Source: an uncultured Pelagibacteraceae bacterium (GTDB lineage: Bacteria > Pseudomonadota > Alphaproteobacteria > Pelagibacterales > AG-422-B15). From it: 64,000 bases of DNA. This document shows positions 40,335 to 51,078 of the stretch, in pieces. The notes beneath the pieces are model-generated. The model saw only the letters and a list, made by a program, of their open reading frames with translations. It was not told where the DNA came from and did not search any database. The stretch is from assembly GCA_902544065.1 (NCBI GenBank), contig CACCAS010000002.1, positions 132,669 to 196,668 of the forward strand, read 5' to 3'. How positions within the stretch are numbered: the stretch's first letter is position 1; the number at the start of each line of letters is the position of its first letter. Both the position numbers and the translations under genes were made by a program.

Positions 40335-40957
40335 CTCTCTCACTTTACCCAGCCTTTTTTATATTTGCATTAATAATGGTTACTACACCCGGACCTGCCA
40401 ATCTATTATTGATGAGTTCTGGTGCTCAACATGGACTGCTCAAATCATTACCATTTGTTGCCGGTGTTACTGTTGGAAAACTTTTTTTAACAATTGGACT
40501 TGGTATAGGTTTTTTAACCTTATTAAATTCAAACCCATTTGTAATAAATGTAATAAAAATAGTTGGGACGGGTTACATTTGCTGGCTATCTTATAAAATA
40601 ATGTTTCTAAATTTAAAGCCAAATTCTAACATAGACTCAGAAAGTAAAGTACCCAGTTTTTTTAATGGCATCTTAGTGCACCCTCTTAATCCCAAAGGTT
40701 GGGCCATGGTGATCGCTGCCTATACTCAATTCACCTCTTTTGGAAGTACAAGCTCAACTTCAAACTGGACACTTGAAGTTTTAATTATAGCCTCAACATT
40801 TTTTTTAATACAATCAGTTTCTCACTCAATATGGTGCTGGGCGGGAAGTCTAATTTTTAATTTTCTAAGTCAAAAAAATTTTTTGCGTCAATCTATAGTT
40901 TTTATTTTAGCAATACTCACAGTCGGCACTGTTATTTATAGCAATTTTTTCATTTAA
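40331..40957 (+). CDS. LysE-family translocator
   Basis: TPGPAN, LNPKGW, hydrophobic profile. Confidence 0.88.
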   Translation: MTLSLYPAFFIFALIMVTTPGPANLLLMSSGAQHGLLKSLPFVAGVTVGKLFLTIGLGIGFLTLLNSNPFVINVIKIVGTGYICWLSYKIMFLNLKPNSNIDSESKVPSFFNGILVHPLNPKGWAMVIAAYTQFTSFGSTSSTSNWTLEVLIIASTFFLIQSVSHSIWCWAGSLIFNFLSQKNFLRQSIVFILAILTVGTVIYSNFFI

Positions 40958-41714
40958 TTTTCTTTAAACTATTTTTTTCAACAGATTCACTAAAGCTTGC
41001 AAATAACTTTTTTGAAAAATCGTCAGTGGTCGCAGTATATTCAGGATGCCATTGTACACCAAAAAAATATCCACTATAGCCAGACAAACTTATTGCCTCT
41101 ACTGTTTCGTCCTTAGCAACTCCTTCGGGAACTAATTCATTTGCTAATTCATCAATTCCTTGCGTATGTAGTGAATTCACCTCGATTGTTGGAGTGCCCG
41201 CCAATTTTTCAAATTTTCCATTTTCTTTTAAATAGACTTCATGTTGTTTAGAAAATTGTATATCAGGATCATCAGATTCTGGGCATCGATGATCCATTCT
41301 TCCTGGTACATCATGAATATCTGCAAATAGTGATCCTCCCAAAGCAACATTAACTTCTTGAAAACCCCTACATATTGCAAGCATAGGGATCTCATTTTGA
41401 AATATAAAATCAATCATTGGCAGCACTGTCTTATCTCTTTCAATATCTAATGGTTCAACAATTTTATCTTTATTATAAAACTCTGGATAAACATTTGAGA
41501 GGCTACCAGTTAATAAAACTCCATCAAATTTACGAAGTGTGTCTCTATAATCTACACTTGATCCAAATGCAGGAAGTATTACTGGTATACAACTAGTAGC
41601 TTCAGAAACAGCTTTAATATAATTGGTTCCAGATGCGTGGTAAGTTCGGTGCAACTCCTCTTTCTTAATAACATCTGCAAAAACTGCAATAAGTGGCTTA
41701 TTTTGGGTATCCAT
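40950..41714 (-). CDS. puuD: Gamma-glutamyl-gamma-aminobutyrate hydrolase (peptidase C26)
   Basis: DGVLLTGS.SNV, AICRGFQE, VNSLHTQG, VQWHPE. Confidence 0.85.
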   Translation of the reverse strand: MDTQNKPLIAVFADVIKKEELHRTYHASGTNYIKAVSEATSCIPVILPAFGSSVDYRDTLRKFDGVLLTGSLSNVYPEFYNKDKIVEPLDIERDKTVLPMIDFIFQNEIPMLAICRGFQEVNVALGGSLFADIHDVPGRMDHRCPESDDPDIQFSKQHEVYLKENGKFEKLAGTPTIEVNSLHTQGIDELANELVPEGVAKDETVEAISLSGYSGYFFGVQWHPEYTATTDDFSKKLFASFSESVEKNSLKKIK

Positions 41715-41763
41715 AAAAGAAATTAGTTTACTAGTATTACCATAATATCATATAACAATTTTA

Positions 41764-42969
41764 ATGGTTATTAATATTCAAAATAAAAAAACTGAAATAA
41801 AATCTCTTTCTGCTTGGGATGATGTTCTTAATTTAGATGATCAGCTTTCAGCTGAAGAAAAAATATTGCAATCAACTGTGCGAGCATACTGTAAAGAAAA
41901 ACTGCTTCCAAGAATAATTGATGATAATAGAAATGAGAATTTTAGCAGAGAAATCTTTACTGAAATGGGAGAACTAGGTCTTCTCGGCTCGTACTTAGAT
42001 GGTTATGGATGTGCGGGGAGTAATTATGTCTCCTATGGACTAATTACTCGTGAGATAGAAAAAATCGACAGTGCGTATCGATCTATCATGTCAGTGCAAA
42101 CTAGTTTGGTAATGTACCCTATACATAAATTTGGAAGCGATGAACAAAAAGAACATTATCTACCGAAACTAGCAAAAGGAGAATTGATAGGTAGTTTTGG
42201 ATTAACCGAACCAGATGCTGGGAGTGATCCAGGCGCCATGAAAACTAAAGCGGTAAAAGTAAAAGGTGGATATGAACTGAATGGAACAAAAACATGGATC
42301 AGTAATGCGCCATATGCTGATGTAATAATTATTTGGGCTAAGGATGAAGAAAATGTAATTAGAGGTTTCATTGTTGATAGGGAGTCAAAAGGTCTCTCTA
42401 CTCCGAAGATAGAAGGAAAATTATCGCTAAGGGCATCGGCAACAGGACAAGTAATTATGGAAAATGTATTTTGCCCTGAAGATAAAATTTTAGCTAAAAC
42501 AACAGGTTTAAGCGGACCTTTTCAATGTTTAAATAGTGCTCGTTATGGAATTTCATGGGGCGCAATTGGAGCAGCTGAATTTTGTCTGGCAACCGCAAGA
42601 CAATATGCTCTAGATAGAAAAATGTTTGGGAAGCCGATTGCGGGGACACAGTTAGTTCAATCTAAATTAGTAGATATGCAAACGGAAATTGCGTTAGGGT
42701 TGGAGGCCGCATTAAGAGTCGGACGCCTTATGGATAAAGGTCAATCTGACAGCAATATGGTAAGCTTAATCAAAAGAAATAATGTTTCTAAAAGTTTGGA
42801 AATATGTCGTAACGCCAGAGATATTTTAGGCGGTAACGGTATTTCAGATGAGTATCATGTTATGAGACATATGGTTAACTTAGAAACTGTAAAAACTTAT
42901 GAAGGAACTCACGATGTTCACACATTGATAATGGGAAGAAATTTAACAGGTATTCAGGCATTTAAATAA
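41764..42969 (+). CDS. gcdH: Glutaryl-CoA dehydrogenase
   Basis: [47 protein letters not shown]. Confidence 0.9.
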   Translation: MVINIQNKKTEIKSLSAWDDVLNLDDQLSAEEKILQSTVRAYCKEKLLPRIIDDNRNENFSREIFTEMGELGLLGSYLDGYGCAGSNYVSYGLITREIEKIDSAYRSIMSVQTSLVMYPIHKFGSDEQKEHYLPKLAKGELIGSFGLTEPDAGSDPGAMKTKAVKVKGGYELNGTKTWISNAPYADVIIIWAKDEENVIRGFIVDRESKGLSTPKIEGKLSLRASATGQVIMENVFCPEDKILAKTTGLSGPFQCLNSARYGISWGAIGAAEFCLATARQYALDRKMFGKPIAGTQLVQSKLVDMQTEIALGLEAALRVGRLMDKGQSDSNMVSLIKRNNVSKSLEICRNARDILGGNGISDEYHVMRHMVNLETVKTYEGTHDVHTLIMGRNLTGIQAFK

Positions 42970-42973
42970 AATT

Positions 42974-44341
42974 ATGGCATATCTAAACAGAACTACTAAA
43001 CAATGGCAGGAGATTGATACCAAACACCACCTCCATCCCTTTACTGACTATAAGTCACTTGCTGAAGAGGGAAGTATCATTGTAACAAAGGCAGATGGTG
43101 TGCACCTGACTACATCTGATGATAAGCAGCTATTGGATGCTATGTCTGGGCTGTGGTGTGTTAATGTCGGCTATGGCCGAAAAAATCTTGCTGAAGTTGC
43201 CTATAAGCAAATGCAAGAACTTCCATATTATAATTCTTTTTTTAAAACTGCGACACCACCATCAATTGAGCTAGCAAGAGAATTAGCAGAGTTAAGTCCT
43301 CATGATTTAAATCATGCATTCTTTTCATCAAGTGGTTCAGAAGCCAACGATACAGTTGTAAGAATGGTGAGAAGATATTGGGACCTAAAAGGTAAGCCAC
43401 ATAAGAAAACTTTTATAAGCAGAGAGTTTGCTTATCATGGAAGTACAATGACAGGCATGAGCCTTGGTGGGATGACTGCAATGCACGCGCAAGGCGATAT
43501 GATGCCAGGTTTTGAACATGTTTTGCCACCTTATTGGTATAAATACGGAAACGAGATGTCCCATGAAGATTTTGGAATTTTCGCAGCAAATAAAATTGAA
43601 GAAAAGATCAATGAAATAGGTGCTGATAATGTGGCAGCATTTATTGGTGAGCCAATTCAAGGCGCTGGGGGTGTAATCATTCCGCCAGACTCTTACTGGC
43701 CTAGAGTTCAAGAAATATGTAATCAGCATGATATTCTTCTTGTGGTTGATGAAGTTATTTGTGGATTTGGAAGAACAGGTAATTGGTTCGGATCTGACAC
43801 GTACAATATCAAACCCGATATCATCACAATGGCCAAAGGCATAACTTCAGGCTACATACCACTATCAGGCATCATGATTGGAGACCGTGTTAGTGATACA
43901 ATTATCAATGAAGGTGGGGAGTTTTATCATGGTTATACATATTCTGGTCATCCAGTAGCGTGCGCTGTAAGTCTTGAAAATCTTAAGGTTATTAAGGAAG
44001 AAAATCTTATTGAGCAATCACGACAAGTATCAATATATCTAGAGCAACAAATGCGCGAGATTGAAAAACATCCGTTAGTTGGAGAAGTCAGGATGAAAAG
44101 TTTTATAGGAGCTGTTGAATTAGTTAAAGATAAAGAAAAGATGGAAATGTTTGAAGATACGGGTGTTGTTGGAACAATATGTAGAGATTACTGTATAGAA
44201 AATGGCTTAGTAATGAGAGCTGTCAGAGATGGTATGATTTTCTGTCCACCTCTAATCTTTAATAACTCTCATGTGGATGAATTATGTGTCAAACTAAAAA
44301 AATCTTTAGATCAAACACATAATCATATTTCTAAATCGTAA
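42974..44341 (+). CDS. Class III PLP aminotransferase (SpuC/putrescine-pyruvate type)
   Basis: [57 protein letters not shown]. Confidence 0.88.
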   Translation: MAYLNRTTKQWQEIDTKHHLHPFTDYKSLAEEGSIIVTKADGVHLTTSDDKQLLDAMSGLWCVNVGYGRKNLAEVAYKQMQELPYYNSFFKTATPPSIELARELAELSPHDLNHAFFSSSGSEANDTVVRMVRRYWDLKGKPHKKTFISREFAYHGSTMTGMSLGGMTAMHAQGDMMPGFEHVLPPYWYKYGNEMSHEDFGIFAANKIEEKINEIGADNVAAFIGEPIQGAGGVIIPPDSYWPRVQEICNQHDILLVVDEVICGFGRTGNWFGSDTYNIKPDIITMAKGITSGYIPLSGIMIGDRVSDTIINEGGEFYHGYTYSGHPVACAVSLENLKVIKEENLIEQSRQVSIYLEQQMREIEKHPLVGEVRMKSFIGAVELVKDKEKMEMFEDTGVVGTICRDYCIENGLVMRAVRDGMIFCPPLIFNNSHVDELCVKLKKSLDQTHNHISKS

Positions 44342-44769
44342 CTATAGAACTCATTATCCCTGATATATCCGAGTGACTCATATAAAGATTGGCCAGGTAT
44401 ATTAGCTTTATTTGTAGAAAGTTCTATTGAGCCAAATTTATTCTCAGTTGCATAATTTTTAGCAGCATCCATTAAAGACTTAGCTATACCTTTTCTTCTA
44501 AATTCTTCTCTTACGAATAAGTCGTATAGAACAATTTTTTTTCTCACATTCACTGAGTCAAAAGTTGGATATAATTGTGTGAAGCCTGCACAAGTACCCC
44601 CTTCTTCCTGAAAAAAGATGATTGACTCATTATTCTCAAGCCTCTGCTTAATATATTTTTGTGCAATTTCAACATTTGACTCCTGGTTATAAAAGACTCG
44701 ATACAAATTAAAAACTTCTCCAATCATATCAGAGTATTCTATGGTTGCTCTTTTAATATTTTCTGTCAT
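44323..44769 (-). CDS. GNAT N-acetyltransferase
   Basis: GFTQLYP, LYDLFV, RRKGIA, N...QSLYESLGY. Confidence 0.85.
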   Translation of the reverse strand: MTENIKRATIEYSDMIGEVFNLYRVFYNQESNVEIAQKYIKQRLENNESIIFFQEEGGTCAGFTQLYPTFDSVNVRKKIVLYDLFVREEFRRKGIAKSLMDAAKNYATENKFGSIELSTNKANIPGQSLYESLGYIRDNEFYSYDLEI

Positions 44770-44771
44770 TT

Positions 44772-45929
44772 CTAGTTTCTTATAGTTCTATAAATTGAAA
44801 TCATTAAGAAAATAAAAGTAAAAAATACAATTGTATATATAAAACCAAAAGGACCAAAAATATCCATAACTCTTCCTCCAATCATTGGACCAATTAATGA
44901 ACCACACTCAAAAACCATAACTAATATTGCCGTTGCTCCTGCAACCTGTGAAGCGGTATATCTTTCCCCTAACATTGTAAGTGATATTGAGAATATACCA
45001 CTAGCTGCTCCTCCCCAAACAAAGCAACTTAATGCCACTAAATAGAAGTTTCCTAAGAAAACACCTATAATTATTGGACAAACAAAAGTACAGAAGACAG
45101 CAATATTCATGAGTAGTCTTTTATTCATTCTATCAAGTAAAATACCAATTAATGGCTGACATATGACACCACCAACCAAGGTAATAGTGACAAACTGAAG
45201 AGCAATGTCTTGTGAAAACTGGTTCTTAATCATAAAGATTGGAAAAAATGATACGAACATAACATCGTCCAAGCCACAGAGTATTGCTGCTCCAAAAATA
45301 GTCGGTGCAGCTATAATCGTTGCTAAAATTGGAAGAGATTTTTTCTCAGGCAATTCTTGATCTGCTATATCAAGTGTTATGAGTGGAATAATTGCTATAA
45401 ATGACATTGCCGCAATCACAATAAATGGAAGCCATCCCTCGATACCTGTTAAAGATATAACAAGAGGGCCTATTGCAAGCCCAATAATAAATACCGTATT
45501 GTATATTGTGACTATTTTACCGCGATTTGAATCATTAGCCATCGACAACATCCAAGTATCAAAAGCATTCCATGCAAGTGCACCAGCAAATCCAATAAGG
45601 AAGCGTATAATGAACCACGCAGTTAAACTTTCAAATATAGGAAAGGTAAAATATAAAATAATTGTAACTATTTGAGCAATGATAATTGATCTAGATAACC
45701 CAATTGCATGAATAATGATTGGTGTAATTCTAACAAATAGAATTACCGCCAATGGTTGAGCGACAACATTTAATCCAATTTGTGTATTACTGAAACCTCT
45801 TGACTCAAGTATTAATGATAGTAAGGGAATAAGGGTTCCAAGTTTTATGCCAATAATAAGAGCACATAAAAATAAAACAATATAGGTTTTATAATTACTT
45901 CCAAGTATAGATTGAAAAGTTGAGATCAC
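44772..45929 (-). CDS. MFS transporter (YcaD/YfkF-like)
   Basis: About 12 TM segments, RFLIG, RGK, QPLIGILLDR. Confidence 0.82.
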   Translation of the reverse strand: MISTFQSILGSNYKTYIVLFLCALIIGIKLGTLIPLLSLILESRGFSNTQIGLNVVAQPLAVILFVRITPIIIHAIGLSRSIIIAQIVTIILYFTFPIFESLTAWFIIRFLIGFAGALAWNAFDTWMLSMANDSNRGKIVTIYNTVFIIGLAIGPLVISLTGIEGWLPFIVIAAMSFIAIIPLITLDIADQELPEKKSLPILATIIAAPTIFGAAILCGLDDVMFVSFFPIFMIKNQFSQDIALQFVTITLVGGVICQPLIGILLDRMNKRLLMNIAVFCTFVCPIIIGVFLGNFYLVALSCFVWGGAASGIFSISLTMLGERYTASQVAGATAILVMVFECGSLIGPMIGGRVMDIFGPFGFIYTIVFFTFIFLMISIYRTIRN

Positions 45930-46585
45930 AAAAACCGTTTTTCATCTATATAAATATTTCTAAAGTATTTTTTTACTAGTCCTTTACAAAATACATGCGA
46001 GTACATTTTAGGATCAAATAAAATTCTTTGCCATAATCCGTCTACCATTGATAGATAAGTCTCACTTATTTCTCTTGGTGTAAGAAAAGTCTGATCAGTT
46101 AAAAAATTTACTTCTTTAATTAACTTTTCCATCTGAGATGAATATATTTCATCTTGCTTTTGACAGATTGTTAAATAAGAAGGACGAAATTTTACTTCAC
46201 TATAAAACGATACCCAGACTGCAATTTTATTTCTATTTGCAATTTTACTACTAAAATCATTTTCAATTATTTTAATTACTCTTCCAACTGGATCTAAGTT
46301 ATTATCTTCGAATATTCGTTGCCAAGAATTTTTATATTCATCTGATAGAAATTTTAGTGAACTAAGCAAAAGATTTTCTTTAGATTTAAATCTAAAATTT
46401 GCATAACCTTGTGATACCATTGCTTTCTTAGCTACTTGTGCAATCGTCGTGTCTGCGAGACCTCTTTTAGCTATAGTTTCAATTGTTGCGTCAATCAGTT
46501 TTTGATGATTGATTGAAAATTCCTGTTCTTTAAGTTGAGGTTCACTAATTTTTTTGGGATTTATATTCATAAAAGAACCATACAC
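45926..46585 (-). CDS. TetR-family repressor, BetI-like
   Basis: LIDATIETIAKRGLADTTIAQVAKKA HTH, FKSKENLL, W..F, DGLW; start may be 46570. Confidence 0.85.
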   Translation of the reverse strand: MYGSFMNINPKKISEPQLKEQEFSINHQKLIDATIETIAKRGLADTTIAQVAKKAMVSQGYANFRFKSKENLLLSSLKFLSDEYKNSWQRIFEDNNLDPVGRVIKIIENDFSSKIANRNKIAVWVSFYSEVKFRPSYLTICQKQDEIYSSQMEKLIKEVNFLTDQTFLTPREISETYLSMVDGLWQRILFDPKMYSHVFCKGLVKKYFRNIYIDEKRFL

Positions 46586-46612
46586 AAAGTTTAATCATAA
46601 TGGTAGTTTTGT

Positions 46613-46630
46613 ATTGAATAATCATTCAAT
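46613..46630. promoter_or_regulatory. Palindromic operator ATTGAA-N6-TTCAAT (BetI-like) overlapping a -35 box
   Basis: ATTGAATAATCATTCAAT between the repressor and the divergent operon; TTGAAT-N16-TATCAT promoter. Confidence 0.72.
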
Positions 46631-46665
46631 ATGGCTATCATGTAAATTCAATATTCGTTCATTTT

Positions 46666-48294
46666 ATGCCAAAAAATACTCATGATGTAATTGTTATAGG
46701 AGCCGGCCATAACGGCTTAACAGCAGCTAGTTATATGGCTAAAGCTGGTCTCGATGTTGTCGTTTTAGAAAAAAATGATTGGATAGGTGGTGCTGCGGTG
46801 AGCCGAGAGCTTTACCCTGGATGGAAATATTCAAATTGTTCCTATGTTTGTAGTTTATTAAGACCTGAGATCATGCGTGACTTGGAGCTTTATAAATATG
46901 GACTTCAAATTATTCCTTATGAAGGCAGTGCAACGATGATGAAAAATGGAGACTATTATACTCATTATCATGATCATGATATGACCATCAACTCTATTAG
47001 ACGTCATTCTCATAAAGATGCAGAAGCTTACGAAAGATATAGCCGTGATGTCCTCAGGCAATGTAAAATTATTAAGCCTCTTCTCAAAATGACGCCTCCT
47101 GACTTAACATCGTTCAAACCAAAAGATTTATTTGGCGCACTGGAGTTTGCAAAGCATTTTGCTGCAAAAGATGAATTAGGTGGGCTAGGAGAAAAAGAAA
47201 TTTATGACACAATTCGTTTTTATACTATGAGCATCAGAGATTACTTAGAAGAATATTTTGAAAGTGAAATTACCAAAGCTCACCTTGCTGGTAGCGCAAT
47301 TATTGGAACTGCTCTAGGCCCATGTTCACCAGGATCAGCTTATGTACTGTTGCACCACTACATGGGTGAGGTTGATGGATCAGTTGGTTCATGGGGATAT
47401 GCACGAGGTGGAATGGGATCTATTACTCAGGCAATGATGGGCTGTCTAAAAGATCATGGAGGAGAAGTAAAACCAAGTAGCGAAGTAATAAATGTTATTA
47501 CAAAAAATGGAAAAGCAATCGGTGTTGCTACACAAAATGGAGATGAATACTATGCTAAGAAAATAGTTTCCAACCTTGATGTCAAAAGAACTTTTTTAAA
47601 GATTACTGAAGAGAAGGACCTTCCAGATGATTTTGTGCGAAGTGTTAAAAATTTTAAGATAAGGGGTTCATCTGGTAAATTAAATATTGCATTAGATGGC
47701 TTGCCAGACTTTCCTTGTATTCCTGAAGGTGATCCAGGTGGTGGCGGAGACATGCACTTCACAGAAACCATAGAAGAGATGGAAGGAGCTTACGATGATT
47801 GGAAAAGGGGAGAATGGTCACGTAATCCATATGTTGATATGTGCATTCCATCCAAAAGTGACCCTACAATGGCTGAGCCAGGTAAACATTATATGTCTGT
47901 ATTTATTCAGTACGTACCATTTAACCTTGCAAATGGTGGTTGGAATGAAGAGAGAAAGCAAGAATTTGGAAGACACATAGTTGATTGTATTGCTGAGTTT
48001 TCGCCTAACTTTAAAGACCTAATTAATCATTATGAGGTACGAACACCACTAGAATTAGAAAACGAGGTTGGTTTGACAGAGGGTAATATTTTTCAAGGAG
48101 AGTTGACCATGGACCAATTAATGTTCAATAGGCCAGTTCCTGGATATGCGCAGTATCGGACTCCATTAAAAAATATGTATATATGTAGCTCTTCAACACA
48201 TCCAGGTGGAGGTGTAATGGGTGCACCAGGAGCTAACGCAGCTCGTGAAGTTCTATTAGACATGAACGTTCCACAAAAAGGAAATTATTATTAA
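46666..48294 (+). CDS. Phytoene-dehydrogenase-like FAD oxidoreductase (COG1233/PYROXD2-like), subunit 1
   Basis: IGAGHNGL, GGAAVS, GSAYVLLHH, GGMG, GNIFQGE, THPGGGVMGAPG.NAA. Confidence 0.85.
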   Translation: MPKNTHDVIVIGAGHNGLTAASYMAKAGLDVVVLEKNDWIGGAAVSRELYPGWKYSNCSYVCSLLRPEIMRDLELYKYGLQIIPYEGSATMMKNGDYYTHYHDHDMTINSIRRHSHKDAEAYERYSRDVLRQCKIIKPLLKMTPPDLTSFKPKDLFGALEFAKHFAAKDELGGLGEKEIYDTIRFYTMSIRDYLEEYFESEITKAHLAGSAIIGTALGPCSPGSAYVLLHHYMGEVDGSVGSWGYARGGMGSITQAMMGCLKDHGGEVKPSSEVINVITKNGKAIGVATQNGDEYYAKKIVSNLDVKRTFLKITEEKDLPDDFVRSVKNFKIRGSSGKLNIALDGLPDFPCIPEGDPGGGGDMHFTETIEEMEGAYDDWKRGEWSRNPYVDMCIPSKSDPTMAEPGKHYMSVFIQYVPFNLANGGWNEERKQEFGRHIVDCIAEFSPNFKDLINHYEVRTPLELENEVGLTEGNIFQGELTMDQLMFNRPVPGYAQYRTPLKNMYICSSSTHPGGGVMGAPGANAAREVLLDMNVPQKGNYY

Positions 48295-49811
48295 TGTCTG
48301 GCAATTCGAGTTTTGATGCCATCATAATTGGTGGAGGTCATAATGGATTGGTATGCGCAAACGTCCTCGCTAGAAAAAATAAAAGAGTATTAATCTGTGA
48401 AGCCCGAAAAGAATGTGGTGGCATGGTCAATAATGATATTACCAACTATGTTCCTCCAGTAACATCTGCTGTTTCAAGCTCGATTGGTGGAATGCAAATA
48501 AACTACATACCAAAGACTTCAATCGCTTTATCTGAAACTGGACAGCACATTCGACTAGTAGGCAATCAACACATTGATCATAAATCTATCTCAAGATTTT
48601 CTTCCCATGATGCTGACCGGTTTAATGATTTTCATGAAAAAATGTCAAAATTCTCAAAAACTTTAGGTTCTTTCATGATGGCATCACCTCCGCGAATAAT
48701 GAACAATAGTTTTTCTGACTATTTTAAACTCTTTAAGCTTGGATTAAATGTCAGGTTATTGGGAAAGAAAAATTTTAATGAGTTTGCTAGAATGATTGGC
48801 CTAAATATAGCTGATGAACTTGAAGACAATTTTGAAAATACACTACTTCAAGGATTGATTGCGCATGACTCAGTAATAGGGTCTAATTTAGGCCCGCGTT
48901 CACCAGGCTCTCTCATAAACTTATTGTATAGAATGGCTATTCATAACAATTCTTTATTTGGCGGTATATTTCAAATAGACGGTGGCAATGATCAATTCAC
49001 TAAACATTTAATTGAAAAATGTAAAAGTAATAATGTAGAAATAAAAACTTCAGCTTCTGTTAAAAATTGTATTATTGAAAATGACTGCGCTGTAGGCGTT
49101 GAGCTAAACAATGGTGAAAAAATGTATGCTAAGAAAATTATTTCAAATGCTGATCCACGTTCAACATACTTTTCACTGCTCGGTTCTCAAAACCTTGATA
49201 CTGACGTAAAGAGGAAAATAAAACATCATCGCTCCAAAGGAAGAGTTGCCAAACTTATTTTAGAGTTAGATAAGCTCCCTAGTTTTAACAATTGTGATGA
49301 CATTGATTTAGACAGCAGAATGGTTATTGCACCATCTATTGATTACATTGAAGAAACATTTAACCCTAGTAAGTTTGATAAGCTCTCATTAGAGCCAACA
49401 CTTGAGATATGTGTCAAAAAAGACTCTGATCAAGATCCAAAGTTAGATATTCAAGTGCAATATGCACCATATAAAACTCATCAAGGGTGGGAAAATATAA
49501 AAGAAAGTTACGTTGAGTCTATTATCAAAATAATTAGCAAATATGCTCCTAATATTAATGAATGCATTGAGCGTAAGAAATTACTAACTCCTGACGATAT
49601 TGAATCAGAATATAATGTATCAGGAGGGCACTGGCATCATGGTGAGATCCAAATTGATCAGCTTTTTATGATGCGCCCAATTCCAGGAGCCTCACAGTAT
49701 AAAACACATTTGGATGGTCTTTTTATGTGCGGTGCAGGAACACACCCAGGTGGCGGTTTAATTGGCATTTCAGGCAAAAACGCAGCTAAAGCAGTTTTGG
49801 ATGATTTTTAA
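48294..49811 (+). CDS. Phytoene-dehydrogenase-like FAD oxidoreductase, subunit 2
   Basis: IGGGHNGL, GP.SPGS, GGHWHHGE, GAGTHPGGG..G..G.NAA; start overlaps previous stop. Confidence 0.83.
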   Translation: MSGNSSFDAIIIGGGHNGLVCANVLARKNKRVLICEARKECGGMVNNDITNYVPPVTSAVSSSIGGMQINYIPKTSIALSETGQHIRLVGNQHIDHKSISRFSSHDADRFNDFHEKMSKFSKTLGSFMMASPPRIMNNSFSDYFKLFKLGLNVRLLGKKNFNEFARMIGLNIADELEDNFENTLLQGLIAHDSVIGSNLGPRSPGSLINLLYRMAIHNNSLFGGIFQIDGGNDQFTKHLIEKCKSNNVEIKTSASVKNCIIENDCAVGVELNNGEKMYAKKIISNADPRSTYFSLLGSQNLDTDVKRKIKHHRSKGRVAKLILELDKLPSFNNCDDIDLDSRMVIAPSIDYIEETFNPSKFDKLSLEPTLEICVKKDSDQDPKLDIQVQYAPYKTHQGWENIKESYVESIIKIISKYAPNINECIERKKLLTPDDIESEYNVSGGHWHHGEIQIDQLFMMRPIPGASQYKTHLDGLFMCGAGTHPGGGLIGISGKNAAKAVLDDF

Positions 49812-51011
49812 ATGACACAAGATCTTAGATATTCAGCCCTAAAGAAAACACCTTTTCATTCAAGAACCAGTTTAGCTTCGCGAACGAACAAATATTATAA
49901 CTGGAATGGATATACTGTGCCTACAGAATATTCAACTACTGAGCTTGAATATACAGCTGCAAGAAATGGAACATCAGTTATGGATTTAACCCCTATGGGC
50001 AAATATGAAATTACGGGAGGTCATGCGCATCAATTTGTTGATTACTTAGTTACTAGAGATTTATCCGAAATGAAGGACAATACAGTAGCTTATATCATCT
50101 GGTGTAATGAAGATGGAAAGGTGATTGACGATGGTACTATTTTCAAATTTTCTTCAACAAAATTTATGCTTTGCTGTGCTGTTAAAATATATAACTGGCT
50201 TAATGATTCAGCTTATGGTTTTGATGTTACAATTAGCGATGTGACAGATACAATTGCTGCATTAGCAATTCAAGGGCCAACATCCTGCTCAACTTTAAAA
50301 ACATTTGGAGCAACAGATCTTGAAACATTAAAACCTTTTGAAATGAGAGAATATAAGATTGATGGTTTCGATATTTTAATATCACGTACAGGATTTACAG
50401 GTGATTTGGGTTATGAATTGTGGACTGACCCAAAAAATGCAGAACTGACGTGGGATAATATTGAAATTGCTGGCAAGGAATTAAAGTTGAGACCTTTCGG
50501 AATGAATGCTCTCGAGATGACAAGAATTGAAGCTGGGTTTATTCAAACCAATACAGACTTTATGGCTGCTGAAGATTCATTGAGACCAACCAGAATGAGA
50601 TCACCTTATGAAATTGGAATGGGATGGCTTGTACACTTAAATAAAAACTCATATTTTGTTGGGAAGAAAGCTCTTAAAAAAGAAAAAGAAGAAAGCACTA
50701 CTGAGAGATGCTTAGTAGGCCTTGATATAGATGGAGATAAGCCAGCGCATGGTTCTGTGATCTATAATAGCAAAAAAGAAGACATTGGCATTGTAACTGC
50801 AGCTCTATGGTCTCCGATTATGAAAAAAAATATTGCACTGGCTTCACTTAAGAGACCTTATGGAATACAAATAAAAGAAAATATATTTGCAGAAATTTAT
50901 CACCCTGAAGAACTTGAGTACCGTAAGATATGGGCAAGATGCAAGGTAGTTAAAAGGCAATTTTTTAACCCTGAAAGAAGAAATAAAGTTCCTGCAGATC
51001 TATATGAATAG
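49812..51011 (+). CDS. GcvT-family aminomethyltransferase (folate-binding)
   Basis: TPFH, G.VIDDG, LAIQGP, ISRTGFTGDLGYEL, RIEAG. Confidence 0.88.
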   Translation: MTQDLRYSALKKTPFHSRTSLASRTNKYYNWNGYTVPTEYSTTELEYTAARNGTSVMDLTPMGKYEITGGHAHQFVDYLVTRDLSEMKDNTVAYIIWCNEDGKVIDDGTIFKFSSTKFMLCCAVKIYNWLNDSAYGFDVTISDVTDTIAALAIQGPTSCSTLKTFGATDLETLKPFEMREYKIDGFDILISRTGFTGDLGYELWTDPKNAELTWDNIEIAGKELKLRPFGMNALEMTRIEAGFIQTNTDFMAAEDSLRPTRMRSPYEIGMGWLVHLNKNSYFVGKKALKKEKEESTTERCLVGLDIDGDKPAHGSVIYNSKKEDIGIVTAALWSPIMKKNIALASLKRPYGIQIKENIFAEIYHPEELEYRKIWARCKVVKRQFFNPERRNKVPADLYE

Positions 51012-51043
51012 CTAAAAAATAACTATTTTACAGTAATTCAATT

Positions 51044-51073
51044 ATTGAACAGCTGTTCAATTTAAGCTATAAT
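51044..51073 (+). promoter_or_regulatory. Perfect 18-bp palindromic operator overlapping a sigma70 promoter
   Basis: ATTGAACAGCTGTTCAAT (51044-51061); TTGAAC-N17-TATAAT, with ATG 5 nt after the -10 box. Confidence 0.78.
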
Positions 51074-51078
51074 GATTC

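Noticed and set aside
46666-49811. Carotenoid biosynthesis (crtI) call
   Set aside because: No crtB/E/Y nearby; context (GcvT, aminotransferase, BetI-like regulator) points to amine metabolism.
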